Position numbers and translations under genes: made by a program. Positions 50,126 through 63,980 of a DNA stretch of 64,000 nt are shown piece by piece; positions within the stretch are counted from its first letter, which is position 1; the number at the start of each line of letters is the position of its first letter. The notes under the pieces were generated by a model. The model did not search any database, was not told the DNA's origin, and saw only the letters and a list, made by a program, of their open reading frames with translations. The stretch spans positions 15,500,001 through 15,564,000 of the forward strand of contig OZ024743.1 of assembly GCA_964016885.1 (NCBI GenBank). The letters run 5' to 3'. This DNA comes from Eledone cirrhosa (lineage: Eukaryota).

Positions 50126-50552
50126 GCTTCCGAAAGATTATTGATTATGTCCATACGGGTGATCGCTTTATATTCGCCTGACATTGAATATTGAATATTT
50201 ACACCATTGGCCCACCATATATACCTTCAAAAACGTACAGGGTGAAACATTTCCACGTGTGCTGCAAGAAATCACAATGCAGCACTGAATTTGATTGAAA
50301 CAATTGCATAATGCAGTCACCTCAACAGTGTAATGTCACGTTTCTGGACAACACAGAATAATGTATTTCTTCAATCTGTCGCAGAATAAATATTGTATTC
50401 AAATTTTACATTCTAGAATAGTAAATACATGTGCAGACTCATCCAAACGTCGTCCATCTTTCTCCGTTTTCATTTTCTCTCTCTTTCTTATGCGAAAAAC
50501 TACTATATTTCTTCATTGTACTGCGTCGTTTGCTTGTTATTTTTGTTTACCC

Positions 50553-50674
<122 letters not shown>

Positions 50675-51178
50675 ATGTCATCCAATATGCTGTTGACGTT
50701 TATCAATACATAGTATATCAAACTCATCTTTTGTCAAAAGCGTTACATACCAAGATCATCATCCATCTTCACATCTTTTTTGTGTATCCAGTCTTAAATT
50801 GTTCAACATGTTACTATATTTAAAATAGTCGAGTTCTATTTTAGGTTAGATTTAACTGCAAATTGTCTTACATCTCAAGACTGAATATATGTTCCATCTT
50901 TAGCCGCTGTCATTATACATGTTTGTCTTTAGCCTCTGGGTCATTATTTGTTTCTCTTGTCATTAATTCCCAAGACAACTCACGTCTATTTAATTCTGTC
51001 CTCAAATTTACAGCATCTGTTACCGAGTTCGAAACTACTTCAGGTCACTTCAAACATCCAATAACAAATAAGATGTAGAGAGGGGGGAGAAGGGTGAGCG
51101 ATATAAATTAAACTGTGCTCTAAGCTGTTGAAGACTATTATAAATTCAAATCTGTACAGAAGGCACATTATTTTAACT

Positions 51179-51389
51179 GGTGAATTGGCAGTATCAGTAG
51201 AAAGTCAGACGCCATGTTTTGCAGCTTAGAGTTACGGCCCTTTATGATCTGAGTTCAAATCCCGCCGAGGTTAACTTTACCTTTCATCCTCACGGGGTCG
51301 ATAAAATAAAGTAACAGTCACGCACTGGGGTCGATTTAATCGACTTTCCCCTCCCACAAAATTGCTGGCCTTGTGCCTATATAAGAAAC
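51179..51389 (+). mobile_element. SINE family A (long form) with about 11-bp target-site duplication
   Basis: cattattttaa at 51166-51176 and 51390-51400; carries an extra segment gggtcgatttaatcgactttcccctcccacaa. Confidence 0.92.
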
Positions 51390-52933
51390 CATTATTTTAA
51401 TTGAGGCGAGGAGAAATGTGTATGGAAATAAATGTTTATATATATTTAAATAAGATAAATATACCAAATCTACGTGGTAATCCTTAGATTAAATTAACTC
51501 GAGTTTCAAAGCTTACTAAAACCTACGTAAGTAGGTTTTATATACACATTAGTTGTAGCAGAAGTAGAGAAGTGGCTTATAAATGTTCAATTTAGTGCTT
51601 ACTGTGGTAGTTAATTCAATTACGGATTGGCTTGTTCACTAAGCTGCTGAGGCATGTCATAATTCATATCTGTACAAAGAATAAAGGATGTTAACCGACG
51701 CTCTGAGTAATGTGCAAGAAAACACGCAGAATTTGAGACAGATGTTGACGAGGACAGCAACAACGATCGAAACTAAAGTCAAGCTGTTCAGCTTAATCAG
51801 CCATATATGTAAATTATACATATTTATATGCATAAACTGAGAGAAAGTTTGAGTCTAAGTGGAATTGAAACTAACGTACAGAAGGGTTGATTTCATTGGT
51901 ATTAGTATGTGAGGATACGGAGAGTGTATATTTAAAATAAAGTGCTGAGGTTTTGAGGTAGATGAGAAATGATGATGGGAAGCAATAAAGAGAAGGGACA
52001 AAGTTGTGAAGAACGACCTCAAACACTGAACCTCATGAAGATGTCACAAAACCGTGGACAGGTCAGAAATATTTACATGTAGGCCTTATTTAGGGGTGGG
52101 ATTTGATAAAAGCGTGAACTCTGGGGAAGTAGAGACATACCAAATAGAAAGATTCGGATATTTGTGTTTTGAAGTGAATTTGGATAGGTGGCGTGTTTAT
52201 TAGAATGAGGTAATATCTGGTGTCGAAACTGAATCAAAGTTCAAGCATGCAAGACACGAATTATGCAAACTAAATCTGCTAGACAATTCTCATACTTTCT
52301 AAAATCTAAGAAAGCACTGATTCAGATGGAGTGGGCAATATGAAATTTCAATTTTGAATTAAATTAATGTTGTAATATGGATTCTTAATTTCTCAAAATT
52401 ATCACTGATTGAGCGTCACAGACAAATACCACTGACTGCAATTCCATTCTCCAGGTTTGAAGGACATTCTAATTAATTGAATTAATTGAAAATGTGTTTG
52501 TACGTCATTCAGTACATATATCTTGCGATGATTTGTTTCACTTAGTTCGATTTATTTTTTTAACAAACGTAGCAGTTATTTGGAAGCATCGACACAGTCA
52601 AGTAGTGTTAACATTGAAAATGCGAAAACATATAGTGTCCCTGTAAACAGAATTTTTATGTGAATTCTTGGTTTATTTTCGACACCAAACTATCGAGGAA
52701 ATCCCACATCAGCAAAACTCAGTCGACTTTTCTAATTTTGCTTTATGATATCGTTTACTCATCCACATGTAGGTTTATACATACATTCGTATAAATATTT
52801 CGTTTGAGATACATCAACATATTTCATATATATATATAATTAGAATTTTATTTCTCACTCTAGCACAGCTGATACATAAATGTAAATATACACACACAAG
52901 CACACACACAAACACACACACACACACATCGAT

Positions 52934-53962
52934 ATCTATATACATAAATGGCAATTTCTCTTTGTTTGTTGAATTGTTTGTGAACCTAAAACTCAAAAAC
53001 TACCAAACCGATCTTGATGAGACTTGACACTGGTGTGGCTCTCATGCCCATTTGATTTCTTAAGTACTTTGAAGTTCAAAAAAGTCGATCATTTCTAGTC
53101 TGCATCGATTTTTTCATAAATCAATAGCTCATTTGCATGCACATGTTCATATAAATGTTATTTTCTGCCATAATTTTAAAGTTCTCAACCGCTTTTCTTC
53201 AAAATTAAAACACAGGTAAATTATGTGCTAAGGATGGCTTTAGGCTAAGAAAGAATTATCCCAGACAACTCGCGGAAGGCAAAAAGCCACACAAACCTAT
53301 TTTTTCATTTGGGTTGTTTCTTCTAATATGAGCAACCAATTTGCTTTAAACTGTACAGGTGCATTATTTATCTTTCAATAAGGTGTTAAAAGTTTCCCCA
53401 GGGCACCTTAATAAAGCGAAAACACCGCAAATATAAAATATCACAAATTCTTTTTTCAAACATCATAGATGCACCACTTATGTGCAGTGGATTATTTTAT
53501 CCAGCGGGAAAGAGAGCTGTACAACAATGGGATGGATAACAATTGAATTTGCCTTCCATGGGTCGAGTTTTACCCAGACAAATGTGGTTTATCGGCTCTG
53601 GTTGGGTAATGCGGTGTATTTTCCAAAAGTGTATACCGGGCGGAACCCTTTCCGAATCGAATAGAAATCTTCAACGGGCCACAGTTGATGTTGCGGGCGG
53701 TAAGGATATTTAAACATTTTCTACCCACCCTAGGCTGTGACATCTTTGCTGCTAACATGCATATATTTAACCGAATGGAACATCTTACAGGACGGATAGA
53801 AGGCCTCTGCGGGTCGCAATAACCAGTTGGCCGTGGTGTGGACTCCCCAACGATGACCGTGTTTTCCTATAAGACTTAATTCAACCGAGAGCTTCATCAA
53901 GTGTTATTTCTGCACAAACAATTGTATTACTTAAACCCTAGCAACGCTGGGTACCTCAGCTA

Positions 53963-53965
<3 letters not shown>
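52934..53965 (-). mobile_element. Non-autonomous Helentron/HINE-like element
   Basis: Reverse complement begins actagctgaggtacccagcgttgctagggt (shares tacccagcgttgc with 39777) and ends caagatcgg..aacaaac..tttatgtatatagat; abuts (TA)n. Confidence 0.65.
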
Positions 53966-54018
<53 letters not shown>

Positions 54019-54346
54019 TTACTGCCAACTCGTTTTCGAGTACGGCCACTACTGTATATCCATGTAGGAGAACCCCTACCGATGCGCTGAACGAGTGTGA
54101 CTTTTTAGTCCAGCCAGCGACTTGAAAACTCTGGTACAAACACTACACTTGTGACAATTATTGACACATACATACATATATGCATATATATATATATATA
54201 TGTGTCTGTGTGTATGTAGATAAATCTATCAAAATATACGGTACTGTCCAATCCGCATGAAGAGCTCAATGTAATACAAATATCATGAAAAGAGAAGATG
54301 TATTCAAAATTTTTTTCGATGAAAATCACAGGAAAACAGAGTCAAG

Positions 54347-54596
54347 ATAAATTAATAAAAACAATGAATAAAAATAAAGAAACAGTTCCTTATATTAAAA
54401 TATTCATCATTTTACGATCGTTTCTAGGATATATATGTGTGTGTTGGTATGTATATCATATAGAAATGTTTACATAGATCTATATGATATACATACCAAC
54501 ACACACATATATATCCTAGAAACTATCGTAAAATATTGAGTTTGTTAATATAAGGAACTGTTTCTTTGTTTTTATTCATTGTTTTTATTAATTTAT
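54347..54596. repeat. Near-perfect palindrome, arms about 118 bp, 14-nt loop
   Basis: 54347-54464 is the reverse complement of 54479-54596 apart from one short mismatched patch and about 2 substitutions. Confidence 0.95.
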
Positions 54597-54619
54597 ATAT
54601 ATATATACATATATACAAA

Positions 54620-55620
54620 TGTACATAGGGGTTATTCCGAATATTAATAATAATATACGATTCTTTTGTAAACGGCCCGATTAAAGCTGTGCCGTGCTGA
54701 TGACAAATCGTTTGTTCAACCTTGGCATTGAGGAATAATCAACATATTTCTGGATCATTACCCTTCATCAGGACTGTATACCTTTACCAATCTGTTGAAC
54801 GGGTGAAAATATATAGTATTTTCTTAAGTATACATCGGCTGATTAGCCGCATTTGCCTACCGAGCGAGTTATTGCTGGGCTTGTCTAAAGCAAAAATTAG
54901 AATTTTATTTCTCGCCCTAGTAAAGTTGATACATAAATGTAAGTATGCATACGTACACACATATGACCCAGAAAAATGTTGATTGTTCCTTAATGCGAAT
55001 GTTGAACAGACAGTATTGAATATATTCGCTTGTCAATTGGATGTTATTATGGATGCTGATGGTTATAGTTTTGGATTCATTGAATTGGTCAACTGTATGT
55101 TCATAGAATGGGGCAGTCACCCAAATAGCGTTTTCAGTTGTCTAGCAAATTTTTGTTGAAATTCAAGTCATATTTTAATCTGGGTTGTTGATATATCTGA
55201 GCGTCCAGATATAACTTGACGAAATTGGTGTAAGCTGGAGCGACGGTTGAGCCCATCGCATTACCCGATATTTGTTGGTAAGTATTACAATCGAAATAAA
55301 AAACCCCATAACGACGACAATACTTCTCTTGTCCGCTTCCTTAATTATGAAGTCGTGGTTGTTCTTCAATTGGTGGATAATTTTTCATTCCTTCTGGCTG
55401 GTGTTAGGTTTAGGTTTATGATGTGGTAGTACATCGTATAGCAAAGTTGATAGGTGGTTGCAAAATTTATCCAACATTTTATTCATACCATGTGTAGGCT
55501 TGTAGTTGGTTTTATTACGTACAATTGATTTGTCATTATTCTCTTTGTCAAGCATTCCTTGTTATGCGTACTTTTCTACAGAAGTGTGAAATATTCTCCC
55601 GTATCTCTCTGAGGTTGATG
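54620..55620 (-). mobile_element. Penelope-like element, internally deleted
   Basis: IIKEADKRSIVVVM and, in another frame, QISGNAMGSTVAPAYTNF match the PLE RT motifs IKPADKG and Q..G.AMGS..AP..AN; hammerhead motif at the 3' end. Confidence 0.8.
54737..54776 (-). ncRNA. Degenerate minimal hammerhead ribozyme of the Penelope-like element
   Basis: AGUC-CUGAUGA-agggUAAUGAucca-GAAA-uaug-UU-GAUU; core present, stem II weak. Confidence 0.55.
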
Positions 55621-57527
55621 TAATGTGGTTTTGGAGTGAATTTTAATCCCTTTGAGAGGATTTTCATTTGTTGCGTTGCTAGGTTTATATATATATATAT
55701 ATAGATCATAGTGCGAGTGCGTGTATGTGAAAGAGAGAGAGAGAGAGAGAATGTACACAGCTGACAGCAGTAACACCATTATTAATACAAACAACAAGCT
55801 ACCATTAGTCTGGTTGTACGGTACATCAAGTACGAAGTATTGTGTATTATAGAACGAGAAATATATAGCTAACATACATGTTTAGTTCGTGTTGCACCCA
55901 ACTTCAGCAGCCATGGTGCTCCCAGGTTTTACAGATGCATTTGTATGTGGGTATGGCAGAGTGGTAATGGGTAATAGAGAGACATACAGAGAAAGAGACA
56001 AGGGATTTCTTGAGGAAAAAAATTATGAATTATATTATTTTAAAGCTATAAATTTAGACTATTGAAAATGAAAATAACATTTCATTTATTTACTTTCATT
56101 TACATATATTTAATTTTTTAGAAATATTTTGTTTTACCTTCCCACAAATCATAACATTCTTGTGCTTTTTTTTAATCATTTCTAATTAATATAATACCTC
56201 TGTTGCCAAATATTTTCTCTCTACAGGCAACAGTAGAAACGAAAGTAAAGAACAAATAAGTAGGGAGAAAATACAATATACAAACAAGACACAAAAAAGA
56301 GAAATTGAAATATTTCACATCACATATAAATAATAATTGGTAAAATAAATTACTCTGAAGAACCGAATACTTTTTTTTTTATTAAAGAAAAATTTAATCT
56401 TGAGCAACACATTTCAAATAGCAAAACAAGAAATTTATTTATATTTATTTCACTCCAATTTATTATTTATTTAGTTCATTAGTTTTGTGAGTTAGTGAGA
56501 AGCAAGTGTAGAAAAGAAAGAAAGAAAGAATGAAAGAACTTGTTTATTTATATGATAACAATTGAATTACTGTAAATACTAAATAACATTTACTGGCATA
56601 GGCTTTCAATTTAATCTCTTAAAGAGATTTCAAATATCGAAAACAAGTTTAACAAACTACATAGTTTTCTTTTAACATTTGAAGATCATTTAAGAAGAAA
56701 ACTGACTGAATATATGGGTGGGCAAAAGTTATTTGTCATCTTTACACAAAAAGTAGGACAGGACAACAGTGAATTTCAAGGTGTGGATGTCAGTTAGCTG
56801 GAGACATAATATACTTAGACGACTAGATCTCTGTTGTATTTTATAATTTGGCTGATTATATTCATCCTGCTATAGGTCTCTATGATCGGAACAGTTTTAG
56901 TGCTATTTAACCAATAAAAATTAGACTTTCAATGTATGGTATCATATGTATTGTGGCTTTGGTATTAAAGGGAATCTGCATTAGCTCCAATATATATTTC
57001 ATTTTATTAAGAAACAGATTTTTTTAAAGTTAAGATTCATACAACAGCTAAAATATAACTTCAGAATTTATTTTAATCTTATGACTAAGTGAAAGAAGAA
57101 CGATGGCCACCATTCAAAGGCTCTGGGATGCATGGGATAAGAATGTAAGGCATAAGACATGTGATACAGAGTAAAGAGCCTGGTCACTATGCTTATGGAA
57201 GGAAGGGTTATTTGATGACACTTACCTAAGAATACTCGAAAAGTATTAGAAGAAAAAGAGGTGAAGAAGAAACAGCAATTCCAAGTTTCGAAAGCCCCAT
57301 AAGTCATTGTTTGCAAAATAGTGGAGAAAGACACCTAATGCACTGCATCTGTTTGACTTTTAAGAGTATTTAGGGTATATAGGACTAATATTTGAATGCA
57401 AACATACAAACAAAATGTAACAAACAATTCACTCGAACGATGAATATTTTAGCCACATGAGTTTGTGGCAGTATAATGACGTTTATTATTTTTTTTATTT
57501 TAAATTCTTCTGCTATTTCAGCTGTCA

Positions 57528-58410
57528 ATCATCATCATCATCATCTTCGTTTGACGTCCATCTTCCACACTAGCATGGGTTGGACGGGAGTTGTCACACT
57601 TGAGGCAAGGTTGGTCGGGTGACCATGTCTCGCTCATACAGGACTATCTAGCGGGTTTTCTACGGCTGGATGCCCTTCCTAACACCAACCACATTTACAG
57701 AGTGGAACTGGTAACTTTTTACCATGTTACCTACATAGCCACATTACAGCATGAAATGTGTGTATTTTTTTGTTATGACACCTACACGATATCGATCTCG
57801 ATCTCATTTCATTTATTTGGACAGGATGTTGTGGTACCAACTTTACAGAGAGAGGGTGGTGTTGGTTGTGTGGGAGGATAGGGTAGGGGTAGTGGATTGG
57901 GGTGTATATTTGGTTAAGAGGTGCCTACTGACTGTAGGTTTCGCTTCGTACTTAGGCAAGGCGGGTCTTCTGTATTACTATGTAACGCCAAAGATCTCGG
58001 TCCAGTGACATTGTCTTAGAGAGGTGTAAGGTCGGAATTTATCAAATCGTCCCAGATTTTTTCTGGGTCTACCTACTCGGTAACTGCCATCAATTTTCAA
58101 CTACCATCGATTTTTTATACAGCTGTCGTCTTTCATGCGCATCACGTGGCCATACCAACGTAGTCTTCTCTCAAGTAAACAGCATCTGATCCCTCTTATT
58201 CCTAATTTCTCACTTAGTTCATTTACGCTTGCCCGTTCACGTATATTACTATTACGCATCGAATGGAGCATGCATGCTTTGTTTCTTTCCAGTCTGTGCA
58301 GGCCCTCTGCACGCAATGCCCATGTCTCACTGCCATGTAACATTGCTGTTCATATACAGGCATCATACAATTTGTCTTTCATTTTAGGAGAGAAACCTTT
58401 TGTGGCCAAC
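57528..58410 (-). mobile_element. RTE LINE 3' fragment, same family as 10106-13025
   Basis: LHGSETWAL..RLRWYGHVMRMKDDSCI, shared 3' UTR and (ATC)n tail. Confidence 0.93.
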
Positions 58411-58729
58411 AATGAGGCAATTCATCTCTGACTGATATAACCTATGACCAAAAGTCTTTCATCTGTGACTACTTCATCTATTAGTACGCTCCAAGGTAAC
58501 ATTTTCCATTTGGCTTTTATTTGAGGAATATTTGGCTTCTATTTCTAGAAGAAAAATAACCCTAGAGCTGTTCCCTCCTTAAATCAGGTATTAATGTATA
58601 GTTCTTCTAATAATGTTTTACACAAAACTAGAGCAAAACATGATAGTATTTGACCTATATGTGCATTCACTTGTTTTTGTTATAGAGAACTCTATATTCA
58701 GATTGATATATAACTTTGAATATATGTAG

Positions 58730-60030
58730 CTGTCAAAATCTAAATTAGCATTTATATGAAAGTTTACATTAATGGTCACTATAAAGCTTTATGTTCTCAT
58801 AAATTATATTACTGAAGTTATAATTCTGCCCTTTAGATAACCAGGAAACTCAATTACCATAATAACTGCAGCACAACAGTACATTAATCATAGCTACAAA
58901 TAATTATATTAGCATATTTACAAAAACCTACACTAGTATATGGCAAAATTCTACATTGAGCATACTGAAAAATTCACATTTCTAAAAACTTCTACAATCA
59001 TGTTAAAGAAAACATTTACATTAGCTATGATGCAGGATACTACATTAGCATTTGTGCAGACAGCTCTTCATACTGAAAATATTTTACAATCACATTGCTG
59101 CAAACTTCTGCCTTAGTATTTCTGCACATTATAATTTTGCATAATTCTAGATTTCTGTGCAAAATTCTATATTTGTATTTCTACAATCCAGTAAATTTCA
59201 GCATGTTCGTTGTTAGAAATTTTACATTCTGCTTTTGTAAACATCTTTATTAACGCAAATGCCTATATTACTATTTCTAAAATAGTCTACAACAGCATTA
59301 AAATAAAATTCAACATTAGCATTTATGAATAAGATTTTATTTAGTATTGCCACACAGTTCTAAATTAGTATTTCCACAAAAATCTGCGTTATAATTTTTT
59401 TCTTATGTCTACTTTAAACATTCTTAAAAAACTGAATAATATTCTTGCTGGAAAATTCTCCATTAGCCGTTTTGCAAAATCTGTATTAACATTTCTGCAA
59501 CATTTTTATAGGGTATTTCTGTAAATATTTCATAGTAACTATGCTTTATACTACATTAGCATTTTTTAGATACTCTACTTCATTATTAGCGCAAAATTCC
59601 ACTACTGTATTTCTGAAATTGTCTTCGTTAGCATTGCTGTAAAAGCTTAGGTTAGAATATATACAAAGCTCTTTATTAAAAGTACATTAGAATCTCTGCA
59701 AAATGTTCATTGGCCTTTCACAAAATTCCACATTTTTGTTTGTACATCCATTTAACATTTCATATTTGAAAAAAGATTACATGAGCATTTCTGGAAAATT
59801 CAATATTAATATTGATACAAAATCTAGCATTTAGCACCTTTGAAGTATAAGACAGTAAACATTTTTTTAAACTACTATACTTTAGCATTGCTCTAAATTT
59901 CTATAGTAGATTCCTACAAATGCTACAATTGTACTGCTGCTTAACTCAGAATTAACATTACTCACAGCAATATTTGTGTATATCTCTACATAAAAGAAGT
60001 AGAACATTACATTAGTATTCTGCAAAACAT
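58730..60030. repeat. Highly degenerate minisatellite, unit about 24 bp (consensus like AAATTCTACATTAGCATTTCTGCA)
   Basis: Recurring acattagcattt and caaaattc words; period estimated by eye. Confidence 0.65.
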
Positions 60031-60489
60031 GCCAAAGCATATGTTATTAGGTGTCTTATTCATGGACGTGTACATAATCCCTAAATAAATTTGATAAGAT
60101 GCTTTTATTTTTCAACTAAGAATGTATGATGTTCTTATCTACTGAGCTACTGAACCATGTCCATGTATAATCACAATGTTACCTTTAATTTATAAATAAA
60201 TCATCCAGTTCTATTGCATCAAGGACGATAAACATACCCAAGCAGAAGACATCTGATGAAGATTGGAGTTCAGACCAATAAAATTTCAATGTAAATGTAA
60301 TTATTGTAAAACGTTTCATTTCTAAAGATGAGGTTAATATCATTAACAAACACCAAATTTATAACATGTGTTTTCATGAGTTCAAATGTTTTTTATCAGC
60401 TTTAGACACTTATAAGAATGTGTTGAATGTGTGTCCTCATTTAGCATAATCATCAGATTATAAATACAAAATTATATCTTCTTTTTTAC

Positions 60490-61190
60490 CCACTTATTCC
60501 TGAGAGTCATCAAACACTGCTTCCAGTGGGTCCTGTCAGAAGCAATTGTCTCTACCAAATCCAGCTGAAGTCAGACCAGCGAAGTCCATGGGTGTTATGC
60601 AATCATCTTCTTTGGGGTCTGCCTCTGGGTCTCCTGTCGGTTGGTTTAACCTGTACATTATGTCAATTCAAAGAAGTAGTGGCTCTACCAGGAGTGACAA
60701 TCTGATCCCCAAGCTATGCCCTTTATTGAGTAACGTTACTCTAAAGATGCTTCAGAGGAACCGCATTTTGCACACTTATATTTGCGATCATCTTCTTTCT
60801 GTTATTACACAAGATTCATGACCATAAATAAGGGTTGGTAAAAATACTGAATTAAAGATAGCAAGTTTGGCTTTTACACCTTCCTCTCTTCTTCTTATTA
60901 CTGAATGCTAAAGCTGGCATATTACTGCACCAGCTTCTGAAATTCTTGCACTTAATTTAGCCTCCTGCATTCCATCACTTGTGGACACAGCCCCAAGATA
61001 CTTGAACTTCTCCACTTGCTTCAGTGGAACTCCATCCACATGTAATATACTGCAAAAGCATCCGTGAGAAGCAAACTGTCTCAGATTTTACAGCACTAAT
61101 TTTCCTTACAGCCATGCAACACTCAGTATCGAGTATATAAAGTGCAAGTTGGAGATCACCTTCTGCTGCAAAAACACATGATGAGCATGC
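60490..61190 (-). mobile_element. Degenerate RTE-like RT C-terminal fragment
   Basis: FAAEGDLQLAL..ISAVKSETV and frameshifted KQVEKFKYLG; GRPRGRPQRR-like motif near 60610-60640. Confidence 0.65.
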
Positions 61191-61199
61191 GACCTGTCC

Positions 61200-61920
61200 T
61201 GGGAGGTGAGGGATGGATGCACAAAGATTGCATATCCAATGACCGCAAAGAAGGTTTAGAAGGGGGAAAACTTTGACAATTGGAACCTGGAGCATCACAA
61301 CACTTACAGGTAATGAGCAGAAAATAGTGGAGGAAATGATGTGCTACTGGTGTGATATAGTTAGAGATTCTTCAATGAGGTTCCATGGCTATAGATTTGA
61401 TTGAGGATGGAAACTCCACTATTCAGGTGTGGTGCCAGAAAGACTGCACAGGCAGGAAGTGGGGATACTCACAAGGCCCCCAGCTGTTAGAATGTGTTAT
61501 GGACTGGCTCTCATTAGGCGGGAGGATTTGCTTCTTCAAGCTTAGGCTGAACGATATGTCTCTGTGGGTGGTGCAAGTTTATGCACCAAACAAGGTGTCC
61601 AAATACAGATCCTTCATTGAGGAAGTCACTACAGCATTAAATGTAGATAAGACTGAGTCATATATCCTAATGGGAGACTTCAATGCACATGATGTCACTG
61701 ACCATCTGACATGGTATAGAGTGATTGGAACGAACAGCCACCCTGATCTAAATACGATTTGAGAAGCCTTATTAAACTTCTCATCAAGCAATGCATTCTG
61801 TACTGTGACCACAGAGACATACGTAAATATACATGGTATAATGGGAATCAGGGACAGAGATAAATAATTGCCTTGTTATTGTCTCTAAACTCTTCGATTC
61901 TGTGCTGGATGTTCATAGTG
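61200..61920 (+). mobile_element. RTE-like APE endonuclease fragment
   Basis: LTIGTWSITTL, VVQVYAPN, LMGDFNAH and YTWY motifs. Confidence 0.8.
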
Positions 61921-62747
61921 TTCTTTATCTCAGAAAAGTGTTACAAATAAAGCAGGAACACCAATATGTTTTCTGACTATTGCTGGTCTATTAAAGGTGG
62001 TCGGCCACAGCCAAATTACAGCTGGAAATCAAACCAAAATACATTTAAATCTACGTTAAGTCTTTTTGATCATATCTTAACACACACGTAGCTATATGAG
62101 TCTTTAAAAATGACATTTATATTAAACACTAGGAATACTATGAATATCAGTTATTTTCACTTTTATAATATGCAAAACTCAATTTTGTTTCACAGTGTAA
62201 TCAGAAAGATTATAGAACATCAATGACTATATAGATAATAAACACAACCACAAGGATATGTTCCAAAGGTGGAAGAGCCCAGCTCCCACTGTCATCTCCT
62301 CCATCTCTCTCGCACTCCCCATCTCTCTATATGGTCAGCAAATGGGGTTCCACGCACTGGCCTCCCCACAGCCCTGGGAGACAGAATGGAGAAGGCATTT
62401 CCCTGGAGGATGGTAAAGGAGATGCGCTGGCAGAGCCATTCCATCTCGCAAATCAGAAAGATTATAATCATATTAGCATCAACTCATCTCAGAGATTTAA
62501 ACATTTAACTAAACATATGTATAAAGTGTGGACCTTTATGAAATTAATGAGATCAACACTAACTTATTGATGAAGAGGGATGAGTGGATATATTTTATTG
62601 GATATAGAATGTTTAGATTATTTTACAAGTTGAGATTCAGTGAATTGGCAATATACTGGTTATCACATGCCTTATTCCAATGAAAGAAGAGAGCAGCAAC
62701 ATTTCAGTAGTTAAACATATGATGTGAATATTTATTTCAAAGCACAC

Positions 62748-62812
62748 AATTGTAAAGTACAAAAAGAAGCAAGATACTACAATTGTAAAGTACAAACAGA
62801 AGCAAGATACTA
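62748..62812. repeat. Two-copy tandem repeat, about 32-bp unit
   Basis: aattgtaaagtacaaa(a/c)agaagcaagatactac occurs twice. Confidence 0.9.
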
Positions 62813-62855
62813 CATCAAATGAAAGATATACTTCATACAATTTCTCATTATACTG

Positions 62856-63034
62856 TGAATTGGCAGTATCGGTAGAGGGCTGGACGCCATGCTTTCTAGC
62901 ATAGTTACATCCCTTTACAGACTGAATTCAAATTTCGTCGAGGTTAACTTTACATTCCATCCTTACAGGGTCTATAAAATAAAGTACCAGTAATGTACTG
63001 GGTAATTACTGGCCTTGTGACAAAAGTAGAAACA
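62856..63034 (+). mobile_element. SINE family A with 9-bp target-site duplication
   Basis: attatactg at 62847-62855 and 63035-63043. Confidence 0.92.
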
Positions 63035-63539
63035 ATTATACTGATATATGCTGATATCATCATGATCATCACTTTTACATGCATTTACCATGCAAGCATG
63101 TGTTGGAGTTTTGTTGAAGTCTAAAGACAGATCGGTCAGAATGACTTCATTTTGTTTATATATTTCATATTTGATATGGATTATATAGCTGGGGACCCTT
63201 TCTTGCAGCATCTGCTTTATGAAATGTACTAGGTGTGTTTACAGGGTGGACTGGCTGTGTTTTTGTTTTGTGAAACAGGCACTAAAGAGGCTGTTACATG
63301 CTTGTCCATATTGAACAGTTGTCTCAAACCCTGTATTGTTTTCATTCATTTGGCAAACATTGTAGACTCTGGTCTCTCACCTAGTTCACATTTAATAATA
63401 GAGTTCTTGTCCTGGTAGATGTGTATTTGGGGTTGTGACTTATCACCTGCTCTCTTGGTCCAGTGTTATATCGTTTATGATGTTCAGTGTTTTAGGTCAT
63501 TTTTCATATCTTAGTCTTCCTCTTAAATGTTCATTCTCA

Positions 63540-63980
63540 TCAATTGTTCTGCATTTTTCCATACAACTTTCACTCTTTATGCCCATACCAATGTAATTGT
63601 CTCTCTTGCATGCTACATTCAATTCCTCATACATTGAACTTTTCTCTCACTTCACTTATGATGTCAATCATGCAGACTAACTTTCCACATCCAGTGAAAC
63701 ATGCATGCATTATTTGTTTTTAGTGTTTGTAAATACTCTGCCCTCACAGTTCACATTTTGCTGCCATTCAGCATATAATATATTTCCGTTACTTTGAAAG
63801 AAAAGCCTTTTAAGTCTATTAGAGGTAAAAACTTCCTGAACTTCTTCCACCACCTTCTCACTCTAACTACTACAATTTCAGTATACCCAACTCCACAACT
63901 AATAATCTCACTGAAATTTCTACCACTTCTATAAATCCTTCTAGATATTTGAGAGGGTTTATTTGAGTATCTTTACTGTT
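63540..63980 (-). mobile_element. Very degenerate RTE fragment
   Basis: ccataccaatgtaattgtctctcttg and catccagtgaaacatgc align with 10815-10940 (WYGH and MLHWM region). Confidence 0.55.

Noticed and set aside
55576-57334. Minus-strand ORFs 55576-55875 and 57068-57334 as further exons
   Set aside because: A good donor exists near 57224, but acceptors and frames are ambiguous and part of the first ORF is microsatellite.
58730-60030. CRISPR-like array
   Set aside because: No conserved repeat with unique spacers, no cas genes, eukaryotic context.
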